A stretch of 64,000 bases of DNA, taken from NCBI RefSeq assembly GCF_039596335.1, contig NZ_JBCNJZ010000009.1:59059-123058 (forward strand), written 5' to 3'. Below, one piece after another: positions 37,217 to 45,437 of this stretch. The stretch comes from Caulobacter sp. GTDB taxonomy: Bacteria > Pseudomonadota > Alphaproteobacteria > Caulobacterales > Caulobacteraceae. The position numbers and the translations under genes are program-made. Positions within the stretch are counted from its first letter, which is position 1. The number at the start of each line of letters is the position of its first letter. The notes beneath the pieces are model-generated. The model was not told the origin of the DNA and made no database searches. It saw only the letters and a program-made list of their open reading frames with translations.

Positions 37217-38531
37217 GCCCTCGGGTCAGCGTCCCTCGCTTCCCGGCCGCGCCCAGCGAGATCCGCAGGCCCTCTCCCGTCGCGCCCGGCGCGCGGAAGG
37301 CCTCGGCGCCGACCAGGGCCAGGCCGCGCTCGCGGGCGGCGGGCGTCGCCACAGCGCCGGGCAGCCAGACATGCAGGCTCTCGGCCCCGCCCACGGCTGC
37401 CGGCAGCAGTTCGGCCGCCAGCGCCCGCCGGGCGATCGCTTCTTCTCGCACGCCGGCCAGCACCCGGCCGGCGGCGCCCTCGCGGATCCAGCTGGTCACC
37501 ACCGCCGCCATCAGCGGCGCGGGCATCTGGGCGATGGCGTGCAGCGCCGCCGCAAAACCTTCGGCTTCTCCAGGCGGGCAGGCGACATAGGCTAGGCGCA
37601 GGCCAGGCGAGAGGGTCTTGGCGGTGGTGGCGACATGGAACACCCCCTCCGGCCACAGCGACGCCAGGGCGCGCGGCGGGGCGGCGGGCAAGAGGCCGTA
37701 GGCGTCGTCCTCGATGATCGTCACGTCGGCCGCCCGGCAGATCTCGACGACCGCCTGGCGCCGGCCCGCGCTCATCGTCGCCGCGGTCGGGTTCTGGAAG
37801 GTTGGGGTGCAGCACAGCAGGCGCGGACGATGCTGGGCGACCAGCTGTTCCAACTCGTCCGGAGCCAGCCCCTCGAAGTCCATCGGGCAGGCGACGACCG
37901 TGACGCCGCGCCGGGCGGCGGTCGACAGCAGGCCCGGATAGGCGAAGGCCTCGGCCAGGATCACGTCGCCCGGCGTCGTCAGGTGGTCCAGCAGGGCCGA
38001 CAGCGCCGTCTGGGCGCCGCTGGCCACGACCATCCGCGCCGGATCGACCTCGCCCAGCACCGGCGCCAGCCAGGCCGCGCCGGCCGAGCGCTGGGCCAGC
38101 GAGCCCGCGCCGGGGTGATAGGCCATCAAGGTCGCCGGATCGGTCCGCGCCAGGATCGCGCCCGTCGTCTCGCGCAGCAGCCCGGCCAGGTTCAGCCCCG
38201 CTGGAGGCGGCGGCAGGTTCATCGACAGGTCGACCAGACCCGCCTCGTCCTCGTTGGTTCGTGAGCGGATGAAGGTGCCGCGCCCGGCTGTGCCCTCGAC
38301 CAGGCCGCGCTCGCGGGCCAGGGCATAGGCGCGGGTGACGGTGGTGAAGTCTACGCCCACCCGCCGCGCCACCTCGCGCTGGGCCGGCACCTGGTCGCCG
38401 GCCTGCAGCTCGCCCTCAGCCACGGCGTTCTCCAGGGCGTCGGCGATGCGGCGATAGGTCGGACCGTCCAGTGCGGCGACGCGTCCCAGCCACGCGGTGG
38501 CCGGATTCGACAAGCGGCCGGTTGCGGTCAT
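37185..38531 (-). CDS. MocR-type regulator (GntR wHTH fused to an aminotransferase class I/II-like PLP domain)
   Basis: The N-terminus YRRIADALENAVAEGELQAGDQVPAQREVARRVGVDFTTVTRAYALARERGLV is a GntR HTH, followed by an aminotransferase-fold domain of about 350 aa with TTAKTLSPGLRLAY (PLP Lys region). Confidence 0.88.
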   Translation of the reverse strand: MTATGRLSNPATAWLGRVAALDGPTYRRIADALENAVAEGELQAGDQVPAQREVARRVGVDFTTVTRAYALARERGLVEGTAGRGTFIRSRTNEDEAGLVDLSMNLPPPPAGLNLAGLLRETTGAILARTDPATLMAYHPGAGSLAQRSAGAAWLAPVLGEVDPARMVVASGAQTALSALLDHLTTPGDVILAEAFAYPGLLSTAARRGVTVVACPMDFEGLAPDELEQLVAQHRPRLLCCTPTFQNPTAATMSAGRRQAVVEICRAADVTIIEDDAYGLLPAAPPRALASLWPEGVFHVATTAKTLSPGLRLAYVACPPGEAEGFAAALHAIAQMPAPLMAAVVTSWIREGAAGRVLAGVREEAIARRALAAELLPAAVGGAESLHVWLPGAVATPAARERGLALVGAEAFRAPGATGEGLRISLGAAGKRGTLTRGLKALAGLAGS

Positions 38532-38539
38532 CAGCTAAT

Positions 38540-38569
38540 ATCCATACATTGGTGGGTGATTGTATGGAT
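38540..38569. promoter_or_regulatory. Inverted repeat in the MocR / DUF983 divergent intergenic region (candidate MocR operator)
   Basis: ATCCATACA, 12 nt, TGTATGGAT has perfect 9-bp arms. It starts 9 bp from the MocR start codon. Confidence 0.45.
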
Positions 38570-38598
38570 CAATTCGGCGATTGTAGGAAGGGTCTTCG

Positions 38599-39033
38599 AT
38601 GACCGACCCCGACACCCCCCAGATGTCTCAGGACGTCTTCTACGACTCCCCCACGCCCGTCGCGGCGGGCTTGAAGTGCTGCTGCCCGCGCTGCGGCGAG
38701 GGCAAGCTGTATGACGGCTTCCTGAAGCTGGCCCGGTCCTGCGACCGCTGTGGCCTGGACTACGGCTTCGCCGATCCGGCCGACGGCCCGGCCTTCTTCG
38801 TGATGAGCGGCGTCGGCATCGTCATCGTCTCGATCTTCGCCTGGGTGGAGGTGGCCTTCCACCCGCCGATCTGGGTGCATTTCGCAACGGTCTTCCCCGC
38901 CTTGATCATCGGCTGTCTGGCGACCCTGCGGCCCGTGAAGGCCTGGCTGGTCGCCTCGCAGTACATCAACAAGGCCGAGGAAGGCCGCTTCGAGAGCCTG
39001 GGCCGCCACGACTACGATCCGCGGCGGCTCTAG
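38599..39033 (+). CDS. DUF983-family membrane protein (zinc-ribbon plus 2 TM)
   Basis: CPRCGEGKLYDGFLKLARSCDRCGLDYGFADPADGPAFFVM matches the DUF983 pattern. Confidence 0.8.
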   Translation: MTDPDTPQMSQDVFYDSPTPVAAGLKCCCPRCGEGKLYDGFLKLARSCDRCGLDYGFADPADGPAFFVMSGVGIVIVSIFAWVEVAFHPPIWVHFATVFPALIIGCLATLRPVKAWLVASQYINKAEEGRFESLGRHDYDPRRL

Positions 39034-39037
39034 GATC

Positions 39038-39496
39038 CTAGAACCCCAGCGTACCGGCCACCTGGTGCGTCGCCGCATTCAGGCGGTTCCAGACATTGAT
39101 GGCGCTGATCGAGATCAGCAGGCCCGCCAGCGCCCTCTCGTCATAGTGCCGAGCGGCCTCGTTCCAGATGTCGTCCGGAACCGCGTCGCCCTTGTCGGCG
39201 ATGCGGGTCACGGCCTCGGCCAGGGCGAGGGCGGCGCGCTCGGCGTCGGTGAAGTAGGGCGTGTCGCGCCAGCCGGCGAGCGTGGCCAGGCGCTCGGGCG
39301 TCTCGCCGGCCTTCGCTGCGCCGCGGGCATGCATCTCCAGGCAGACGCCGCAGCTGTTGATCTGGCTGACCCGCAGGTGAATGAGGTCGTGCAGGCCGGT
39401 CGGCACGCCTTCGACATAGGCGGACTTGGAGAAGGCCATCATCGCCTTCATGGCTTCGGGGATCAGGAAGGCGGGCTGGGTCATGCGGGCTTTCAT
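39038..39496 (-). CDS. Carboxymuconolactone decarboxylase-family (AhpD-like) protein
   Basis: LIHLRVSQINSCGVCLEMH (CxxC of the AhpD/CMD fold), 152 aa. Confidence 0.88.
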   Translation of the reverse strand: MKARMTQPAFLIPEAMKAMMAFSKSAYVEGVPTGLHDLIHLRVSQINSCGVCLEMHARGAAKAGETPERLATLAGWRDTPYFTDAERAALALAEAVTRIADKGDAVPDDIWNEAARHYDERALAGLLISISAINVWNRLNAATHQVAGTLGF

Positions 39497-39527
39497 TGGT
39501 CGCTCCTTGCGGTTTGCTGACGCCGCC

Positions 39528-39554
39528 GGTCACATCCGACGATTTCGTTTCGTC
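39528..39554 (+). promoter_or_regulatory. Candidate ECF41-type promoter upstream of the sigma factor gene
   Basis: GGTCACA (39528-39534), exactly 16 nt, then CGTC (39551-39554), 30 nt upstream of GTG 39584. Compare the TGTCACA-N16-CGTC signature I recall for group ECF41. Confidence 0.6.
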
Positions 39555-39583
39555 GAAGAGGTGACGAAGCCCGACGGAGCGAT

Positions 39584-40450
39584 GTGACCGCGATGACCGA
39601 GAAAAATTTCCTGGCCGACAAGTTCGAAGCCGACCGCGCCCGCTTGCGCGGTGTGGCCTACCGGATGCTGGGCTCGCTGCCCGAGGCCGAGGACGCCGTG
39701 CAGGAGGCCTGGCTGCGCCTGTCGCGCGCCGACACCGCCGGCGTCGACAACCTGTCGGCCTGGCTGACCACCGTCACTTCGCGCGTGTGTCTGGACATGC
39801 TGCGCAGCAAGAAGGCCCGCCGCGAGGACGCTTTGCCCGAGGACGGCCCGCAGCCTTCGATCAGCGGTGAGGACGCCATCGAGCGCGAGACCATCCTGGC
39901 CGACTCGGTGGGGCTGGCCTTGCTGGTGGTGCTACAGGCCCTGAATCCGGCGGAGCGCATCGCCTTCGTGCTGCACGACCTGTTCGACATGCCGTTCGAC
40001 GAGATCGCACCGATCGTTGACCGCAGTCCCGAGGCCGCGCGTCAGCTGGCCAGCCGCGCCCGTCGCCGGGTGCGGGGCGGAGAGGCTCTGGATCCGGTCC
40101 AGGTCGCTCAGAAGAGCGTCGTCGATGCGTTCCTGACCGCCTCGCGCACGGGCGACCTGGCTGGACTGATGGCGGTGCTGGATCCCGATGTCGTGGTGCG
40201 GGCCGATGTCTTCGCCGGTGGCGGTCAGGTCCGCGAGCTGCGCGGCGCGCCGAAGGTCGCGGCCTTCTACGACGGCCTGGCGGTCAATGCCCGCACGGTG
40301 CTCATCGATGGCGTCGTCGGCGCGGTCGTGGTCCCGCGCGGGAAGCTCTACGCCATGCTCGCCATCCGCATCGAGAACGGCAAGGTGGTGGAAATCAACG
40401 TCACGGGCGATCCCGACCGCCTGGCGGCCGCCGAGATCGCGACGCTCTGA
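39584..40450 (+). CDS. ECF sigma factor with a fused SnoaL-like C-terminal domain (ECF41 / SigJ-like)
   Basis: Region 2: AEDAVQEAWLRLSRAD...SAWLTTVTSRVCLDMLR. Region 4: LNPAERIAFVLHDLFDMPFDEIAPIVDRSPEAARQLASRARRRV. An extra C-terminal extension of about 100 aa brings it to 288 aa. No anti-sigma ORF is adjacent. Alternative start ATG 39593. Confidence 0.88.
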   Translation: MTAMTEKNFLADKFEADRARLRGVAYRMLGSLPEAEDAVQEAWLRLSRADTAGVDNLSAWLTTVTSRVCLDMLRSKKARREDALPEDGPQPSISGEDAIERETILADSVGLALLVVLQALNPAERIAFVLHDLFDMPFDEIAPIVDRSPEAARQLASRARRRVRGGEALDPVQVAQKSVVDAFLTASRTGDLAGLMAVLDPDVVVRADVFAGGGQVRELRGAPKVAAFYDGLAVNARTVLIDGVVGAVVVPRGKLYAMLAIRIENGKVVEINVTGDPDRLAAAEIATL

Positions 40451-40451
40451 G

Positions 40452-40760
40452 CTATTTGAGAAGCGTCTGGCCGCGGCGGGTCAGTTCGTCCTTGATCTTG
40501 CCGGCGGCCATGCCCAGCAGGCCGGGCAGGCTGATGTCGAGGCGGGCGTGATCCTCGAGCACCTGGACGACGCCGGTGATGGTCGAGCCCATGGCCACGG
40601 CCGAGAAGTTCAGCACGTCGCCGGCCCAGCTCTGGGTGAAGCCATTGGCGTCGCCGCCGGGGATCTGGCCGGCCAGCTGCGACAGGCCCTGCTCCAGGCG
40701 GCGCTTGGCTTCGGCCGCGCCCAGCTGGTGGGGAATGTTGATGCTGACGGTCTTGGCCAT
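40452..40760 (-). CDS. Putative polyhydroxyalkanoic-acid-system family protein (small, about 100 aa)
   Basis: MAKTVSINIPHQLGAAEAKRRLEQGL...W.GDVLNFS...ITGVVQV...ARLDISLPGLL...KIKDEL matches my memory of the PHA_gran_rgn family pattern. Confidence 0.55.
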   Translation of the reverse strand: MAKTVSINIPHQLGAAEAKRRLEQGLSQLAGQIPGGDANGFTQSWAGDVLNFSAVAMGSTITGVVQVLEDHARLDISLPGLLGMAAGKIKDELTRRGQTLLK

Positions 40761-40876
40761 GGCGAGTCCTCGAATAACAACTCCGGCCCAAACGCGATCG
40801 GCCGGAGCTTGGCTGCATACGTCCGTTTCTGGCGCAAGGCCAGGGCAAGGTGCCTTTATCAGATGAGGACGCCGCC

Positions 40877-41077
40877 ATGACCGACTACGCCATGCCCTAC
40901 ACCGCGCCGCGCCGTTTCGTGCGTCCGGGTCGTCCTGGCGGCGTGCTGGGCGCGCTGCACTACGCCGGTGTGCTGCTGGTCTGGGCGGTGGTGTTCGTCG
41001 TCGACCGTCCGCTGGCGCTGAAGGTGATGGCCGAGCGTCGCGCCGACTCGCCGATCCCCCGCCACTGGGGCTGGTGA
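40877..41077 (+). CDS. Small hypothetical membrane protein (66 aa, one TM)
   Basis: A GAGGA RBS lies 7 nt upstream of ATG 40877. Hydrophobic segment LGALHYAGVLLVWAVVFVV. I recognise no family. Confidence 0.35.
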   Translation: MTDYAMPYTAPRRFVRPGRPGGVLGALHYAGVLLVWAVVFVVDRPLALKVMAERRADSPIPRHWGW

Positions 41078-41107
41078 TCCGCCTCGAACGGTGACAAGCC
41101 TTCGGGC

Positions 41108-42109
41108 ATGTCGATCGCCGTCTCCGCCCGCCCGGTCTCGCACCTGCTGAAAGCCCCGTTCCGCATTTCGCGCGGGGTCAAGACGGCGGCCGAGGTAGTC
41201 GAGGTTCTGGTGTCGGCCGAGGGCCATGTCGGGCGCGGCGAGAGCGTGCCCTACGGCCGCTATGACGAGACGGTCGACAGCGTGCTGGCCCAGCTGGCGC
41301 CGGCGCTCGCGGCCGACGACGTCGAGGCCGCCTGCGCCGCCCTGCCGCCCGGCGCGGCCCGCAACGCCCTGGACCTGGCGCTGTGGGACCTGCGGGCCAA
41401 GCGCACCGGGGTCAGCGTCGCTCAGGCGACTGGCCTGCCGATCCCGACCGACCTGATCACCGCTGTCACCGTCAGTCTGGACACGCCCGAGGCCATGGGC
41501 GCGGCCGCCCGCGCGGTGGCCGATGCGCCGCTGATCAAGATCAAGCTGTCGTCGGACGATCCCGCCGCCCGCCTGCGCGCCGTGGCCGCCGCCGCGCCGG
41601 ATGCGCGCTTCATCGTCGATCCGAACGAGGGCTGGACCTTCGCGATCCTGAAGGACCTCAAGCCCCTGTTGGCCGACCTGCCCATCGCCCTGGTCGAGCA
41701 GCCGCTACCGGCCGATGCCGATCATGAGCTGGACGGCTGGGATCCGCCCTTCACCGTCTGCGCCGACGAGTCGGTGCATGTCGGCGGGGATCTCGCGGCC
41801 CTGCGTGGCCGCTACCAGGCAGTGAACCTCAAGCTGGACAAGACCGGCGGCCTGACCGAGGCCGTGGCCATGCTGAAGGCCGCCCGGGCTCTGGGCTTCC
41901 AGGTCATGACCGGCTGCATGGTCGCCTCGTCCTTGGGCGTGGCCCCGGCGCTGCATCTGGGCGGGGCCAGCGACTTCGCCGACCTCGACGGGCCGTGGTG
42001 GCTGATGACGGACCACCCCGGCGGCCTGCGGGTTGAGCGCGGGCGGATCACGCCGCCGCGGGCGGGGTTCTGGGGGGATGGACGAGACGGCGAGGGGCTC
42101 TGGCTCTAG
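41108..42109 (+). CDS. Dipeptide epimerase (L-Ala-D/L-Glu epimerase-like, enolase superfamily)
   Basis: IKIKL, FIVDPNEGW, LVEQPLP, CADES and NLKLDKTGGLTEA are the metal- and base-bearing strands of the MR/MLE fold. Confidence 0.85.
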   Translation: MSIAVSARPVSHLLKAPFRISRGVKTAAEVVEVLVSAEGHVGRGESVPYGRYDETVDSVLAQLAPALAADDVEAACAALPPGAARNALDLALWDLRAKRTGVSVAQATGLPIPTDLITAVTVSLDTPEAMGAAARAVADAPLIKIKLSSDDPAARLRAVAAAAPDARFIVDPNEGWTFAILKDLKPLLADLPIALVEQPLPADADHELDGWDPPFTVCADESVHVGGDLAALRGRYQAVNLKLDKTGGLTEAVAMLKAARALGFQVMTGCMVASSLGVAPALHLGGASDFADLDGPWWLMTDHPGGLRVERGRITPPRAGFWGDGRDGEGLWL

Positions 42110-42115
42110 TCAGTT

Positions 42116-42237
42116 AGATCCTCCCCCGCGATGCGGGGGAGGTGGCCCGGAGGGCCGGAGGGGGCTCGTGCGGCCCACATCCAGCTTGTTCCCTCAGTCG
42201 CTCCGCGACAGCTCTCCCGTATTACGGGGGAGGATCT
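42116..42237. repeat. 122-bp element with perfect 13-bp terminal inverted repeats (family B, MITE-like)
   Basis: AGATCCTCCCCCG (42116-42128) and CGGGGGAGGATCT (42225-42237), with an internal hairpin CCCCCGC-gat-GCGGGGG. It overlaps the last codons of the HxlR-type gene. Confidence 0.75.
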
Positions 42238-43163
42238 TCTATCCGCGTGCTCCCCAGATCCGCCCGCTCCCCGCAGGCGCCGCACGTCACCACCGGCTCC
42301 AGCCTCGCGCCGCAGCTGTGCGTCAGGATTTCCGGACTTCCCTCGTCTCCCGCCAACCAGCGATCGCCCCAGGCCATCAGCGCGGCGACCAGGGGGAAAA
42401 GGTCGCGGCCTTCCTTCGTCAGCCGATATTCCCAGCGCTCAGGCCGTTCCTGGTAGAGCACGCGCTCCAGCATCCCCCGCGCCACCAGCCGCTCCAGGCG
42501 GTCGGTGAGGATGTTGCTGGCGACCTTCAGTTCGTCCTGCAGGTCCTTGAAGCGCTGCTTGCCATAGAAGGCCGCGGCCAGCAGGTGGGCGGTCCAGCGG
42601 TCGCCCAGCACCTCGACCGAGCGCTCCAGCATCGGATGCAGGGCTGCGCCGCCGACATCGTCGGAGCTGGCGCGGCGCGAGTGGCGGGCGGGCGGAGCGG
42701 GCTCCAGGCCTGCGCCAGGGCCAGGCAACAGGGTGATGTCGCGCACCTTCACCGCCTCTCCGCAGGCCTTGCAAGCCAGCACCGGCCGCAGCGGCTGGCC
42801 GCAGGGCGTGTGGACGATGCGGTGCGACGGGCATTCCGGGTCCAGCCGCCAGCGCATCTCCCAGCCCAGCAGCACCAGCGCCGAGTCGTAGAGATCGCGG
42901 CCCATCGGCGTGAGGCGATATTCGTAGCGCGGCGGACGGTCCTGATAGAGCCGGCGTTCCAGCACCCCGCCGGTCTCGAGCCGCTTCAAGCGGTCTGTCA
43001 GCAGCGAGCGGGCCACGCCGGTCATGGCCACGAAGCCGTCGAACCGGGTCACGCCCATGAAGGCGGCATACAGGGTCAGCAGGGTCCAGCGGTCGCCGAT
43101 CAGGTTCAGCGCGCGGGCGGCTGAACTGCGACGGACGAGGGCGGGAGCCTTCTGGGAGACCAT
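42222..43163 (-). CDS. Tandem-duplicated HxlR-family transcriptional regulator (two wHTH domains, each followed by a His/Cys3 motif)
   Basis: Two copies of the HxlR pattern are present. Copy 1 is LIGDRWTLLTLYAAFMGVTRFDGF...LTDRLKRLETGGVLERRLYQDRPPRYEYRLT. Copy 2 is VLGDRWTAHLLAAAFYGKQRFKDL...LTDRLERLVARGMLERVLYQERPERWEYRLT. Confidence 0.85.
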   Translation of the reverse strand: MVSQKAPALVRRSSAARALNLIGDRWTLLTLYAAFMGVTRFDGFVAMTGVARSLLTDRLKRLETGGVLERRLYQDRPPRYEYRLTPMGRDLYDSALVLLGWEMRWRLDPECPSHRIVHTPCGQPLRPVLACKACGEAVKVRDITLLPGPGAGLEPAPPARHSRRASSDDVGGAALHPMLERSVEVLGDRWTAHLLAAAFYGKQRFKDLQDELKVASNILTDRLERLVARGMLERVLYQERPERWEYRLTKEGRDLFPLVAALMAWGDRWLAGDEGSPEILTHSCGARLEPVVTCGACGERADLGSTRIEDPPP

Positions 43164-43271
43164 GCGGCTTGGTGCTGCGGTTCGGTCGAGCCTGTCAATG
43201 TCGTGGACATGACGCTAGTCACTTGTATAGTCGGACTCACTAATAGGCGCGAACGGCAGGGAGGTCGGCGC

Positions 43272-44495
43272 ATGGTCTATGTGCTGGGCGGCTGGCAGAG
43301 CGATTTCGCCGCCAACTGGAGCCGTGAGGGTCGCGAGCTGGCCGACGCCTTCGCCGAAACGGTGGGCGAGGGGCTGGCGGCGGTCGACCTGGAGCCGTCC
43401 GACGTCGAGACCGGCCATGTCGGCAACTTCGCCGCCGAGCTGTTCGCGGGGCAGGGCCTGCTGGGCGGCATGTTCGGCCTGGTCCACCCCGCTTTCGACG
43501 GCTTACCGACCGCGCGGCACGAGGCGGCCTGCGCCTCGGGTAGTGTCGCGATCCTGGCGGCGACGGCCGAGATCGAGGCCGGGCGCTACGACCTGGCCTG
43601 CGTCGTCGGCGTCGAGCAGATGCGCAACGTCCCCGGCCAGAAGGCCGCCGAGAACCTGGGCAGCGCCGCCTGGGCCGGCCACGAGTTCCAGGACGCCCGC
43701 TTCCTGTGGCCACGCGCCTTCTCCGACCTCGCCGAGGAGTATGACCGCCGATACGGGCTGAAGTACGAGCACCTGATGGGCATCGCCGAGGTCAATTTCG
43801 CCAACGGCAAGCGCAATCCCAACAGCCAGACGCGTGGCTGGAACTTCGGGCCCGACGCCTTCACCGCCGACGACATCGCCAATCCGGTGGTCGAGGGGCG
43901 CACGCGTAAGCAGGACTGCGGCCAGGTCACGGATGGCTCGGCCGTGGTGTTCCTGGCGTCCGAGACGCGGGCTCGGGAGTATGCCGACAAGCGTGGCATC
44001 CCGCTGGAGAGCATTCCGCGCATCAAGGGCTGGGGCCATCGCTCGGCCCCGATCAGCTATGCCCGCAAGGTCGAGGCCAGCCGCGACGCCGAATATGTCT
44101 TCCCGCAGGTGCGCCGCGCCATCCTGGACGCCCGCGCCCGGGCCGGAATCGCGCCGGACGTCTCGGGCATCGACGCCGTCGAGACCCACGACTGCTTCAC
44201 CGCCACCGAATACATGGCCATCGACCATCTGGGCCTGACCGCGCCGGGCGAGAGCTGGAAGGCGGTCGAGGCCGGCGACATCGCCATCGGCGGGCGTCTG
44301 CCGATCAATCCGTCCGGCGGCCTGATCGGGACCGGCCACCCCGTCGGCGCGACCGGCGTGCGCATGCTGCTGGACGCCTGGAAGCAGACCACCGAGCGCG
44401 CCGGCGACTACCAGGTCGAGGGCGCCAAGACCGTCCAGACCCTGAACATAGGCGGCTCCACGACGACGACCGTAAGCTTCGTCGTGGGGACCTAG
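43272..44495 (+). CDS. Thiolase-fold protein (SCP-x / acetyl-CoA acetyltransferase-like)
   Basis: ARHEAACASGSVAILAA (active-site Cys), ETHDCFT (His) and NPSGGLIGTGHPVGATG (C-terminal thiolase motif). I chose ATG 43272. Confidence 0.85.
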   Translation: MVYVLGGWQSDFAANWSREGRELADAFAETVGEGLAAVDLEPSDVETGHVGNFAAELFAGQGLLGGMFGLVHPAFDGLPTARHEAACASGSVAILAATAEIEAGRYDLACVVGVEQMRNVPGQKAAENLGSAAWAGHEFQDARFLWPRAFSDLAEEYDRRYGLKYEHLMGIAEVNFANGKRNPNSQTRGWNFGPDAFTADDIANPVVEGRTRKQDCGQVTDGSAVVFLASETRAREYADKRGIPLESIPRIKGWGHRSAPISYARKVEASRDAEYVFPQVRRAILDARARAGIAPDVSGIDAVETHDCFTATEYMAIDHLGLTAPGESWKAVEAGDIAIGGRLPINPSGGLIGTGHPVGATGVRMLLDAWKQTTERAGDYQVEGAKTVQTLNIGGSTTTTVSFVVGT

Positions 44496-44642
44496 GGCCC
44501 GAGGGGGCTGCGCCTCTCCTTCGGGGGGAGGAGGACCGCCGGCAAGGCGGTGGAGGCTGCCGACGGGCGGCTTCGGCGCGGCCCTCGGCATCCGTTTTCG
44601 CTCCCCGCCCGTATCTTCCGTGAACTTCGCTCAAGGCGCCGC

Positions 44643-45437
44643 ATGCCGATCCTGACTGTCCTGGCCGTCAACGCCGCCGTCTCCGCCGTCGCCTTTCTGG
44701 CGCTGTGGGCCGTCTCCCTGAAGATCCGTGATGTCAGCTTCATCGACGCCTGGTGGGGGCCCAGCATGGCGCTGCTGGCCTGGAGCACTCTGCTGCAAGG
44801 GCCGATCACGCCGCATGGTCTGCTGCTGACGGGGGTCTGCACCCTGTGGGCGGCGCGGCTGGGCGGCTATCTGTTCTGGCGCTGGCGCCAGCACGGCGCG
44901 GACCGGCGCTATGTCTCGATGCTGGCCCATGCCGAGAAGCACCGCGGCTGGAGCTTCGCCAAGACCGCGCTGCTCTTCGTGTTCGCAACGCAATACGCCC
45001 TGGGCTTCGTCGTCGCCCTGCCGGTGCAGCTGGGTCAGCAGGCGGGGGCGCTGGGGCCGCTGGCCATCGCCGGCGCCGTGCTGGCGGCGACGGGTATCTT
45101 CTTTGAGACCATCGGCGACTGGCAGCTGACCCGCTTCAAGGCCGACCCGGAGAACGCCGGCAAGGTCATGGACAAGGGGCTGTGGCGCTACACCCGCCAC
45201 CCGAACTATTTCGGCGACGCCTGCGTCTGGTGGGGCCTCTACCTGATCGCCGCCGAAACCGGGATCGGCGCCTGGAGCCTGCCGGGGCCGGTGCTGATCA
45301 CCGTGCTGCTGACGCGGTGGAGCGGGGTCCCGACCACGGAAGGGCGGATGCGGAAGAGCAAGCCGGGGTATGAGGAGTACGTGGCGCGGACCAGCGGGTT
45401 CGTGCCGTGGTTTCCGAAGAGCGCCCCTCTCCCATAG
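44643..45437 (+). CDS. DUF1295 / steroid 5-alpha-reductase-like membrane protein
   Basis: DVSFIDAWWG, LWRYTRHPNYFGDACVWWG, and multiple TM segments. I chose ATG 44643. Confidence 0.85.
   Translation: MPILTVLAVNAAVSAVAFLALWAVSLKIRDVSFIDAWWGPSMALLAWSTLLQGPITPHGLLLTGVCTLWAARLGGYLFWRWRQHGADRRYVSMLAHAEKHRGWSFAKTALLFVFATQYALGFVVALPVQLGQQAGALGPLAIAGAVLAATGIFFETIGDWQLTRFKADPENAGKVMDKGLWRYTRHPNYFGDACVWWGLYLIAAETGIGAWSLPGPVLITVLLTRWSGVPTTEGRMRKSKPGYEEYVARTSGFVPWFPKSAPLP

Noticed and set aside
40188-40880. A 230-aa plus-strand ORF overlapping the end of the sigma gene and the whole PHA-system-like gene.
   Set aside because: It lies out of frame over the sigma C-terminus and antisense to a small ORF with a recognisable family pattern. 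Its composition is A/R/S/G-rich.
44496-44642. A possible additional repeat or terminator in the thiolase-DUF1295 spacer (GGGCCCGAGGG...CCTCTCCTTCGGGGGGAGG...GCCCTCGGC).
   Set aside because: It has some stem potential and a TTTT at 44595-44598. I could not match it convincingly to families A-D, and the stems are imperfect. The evidence is too weak to call.
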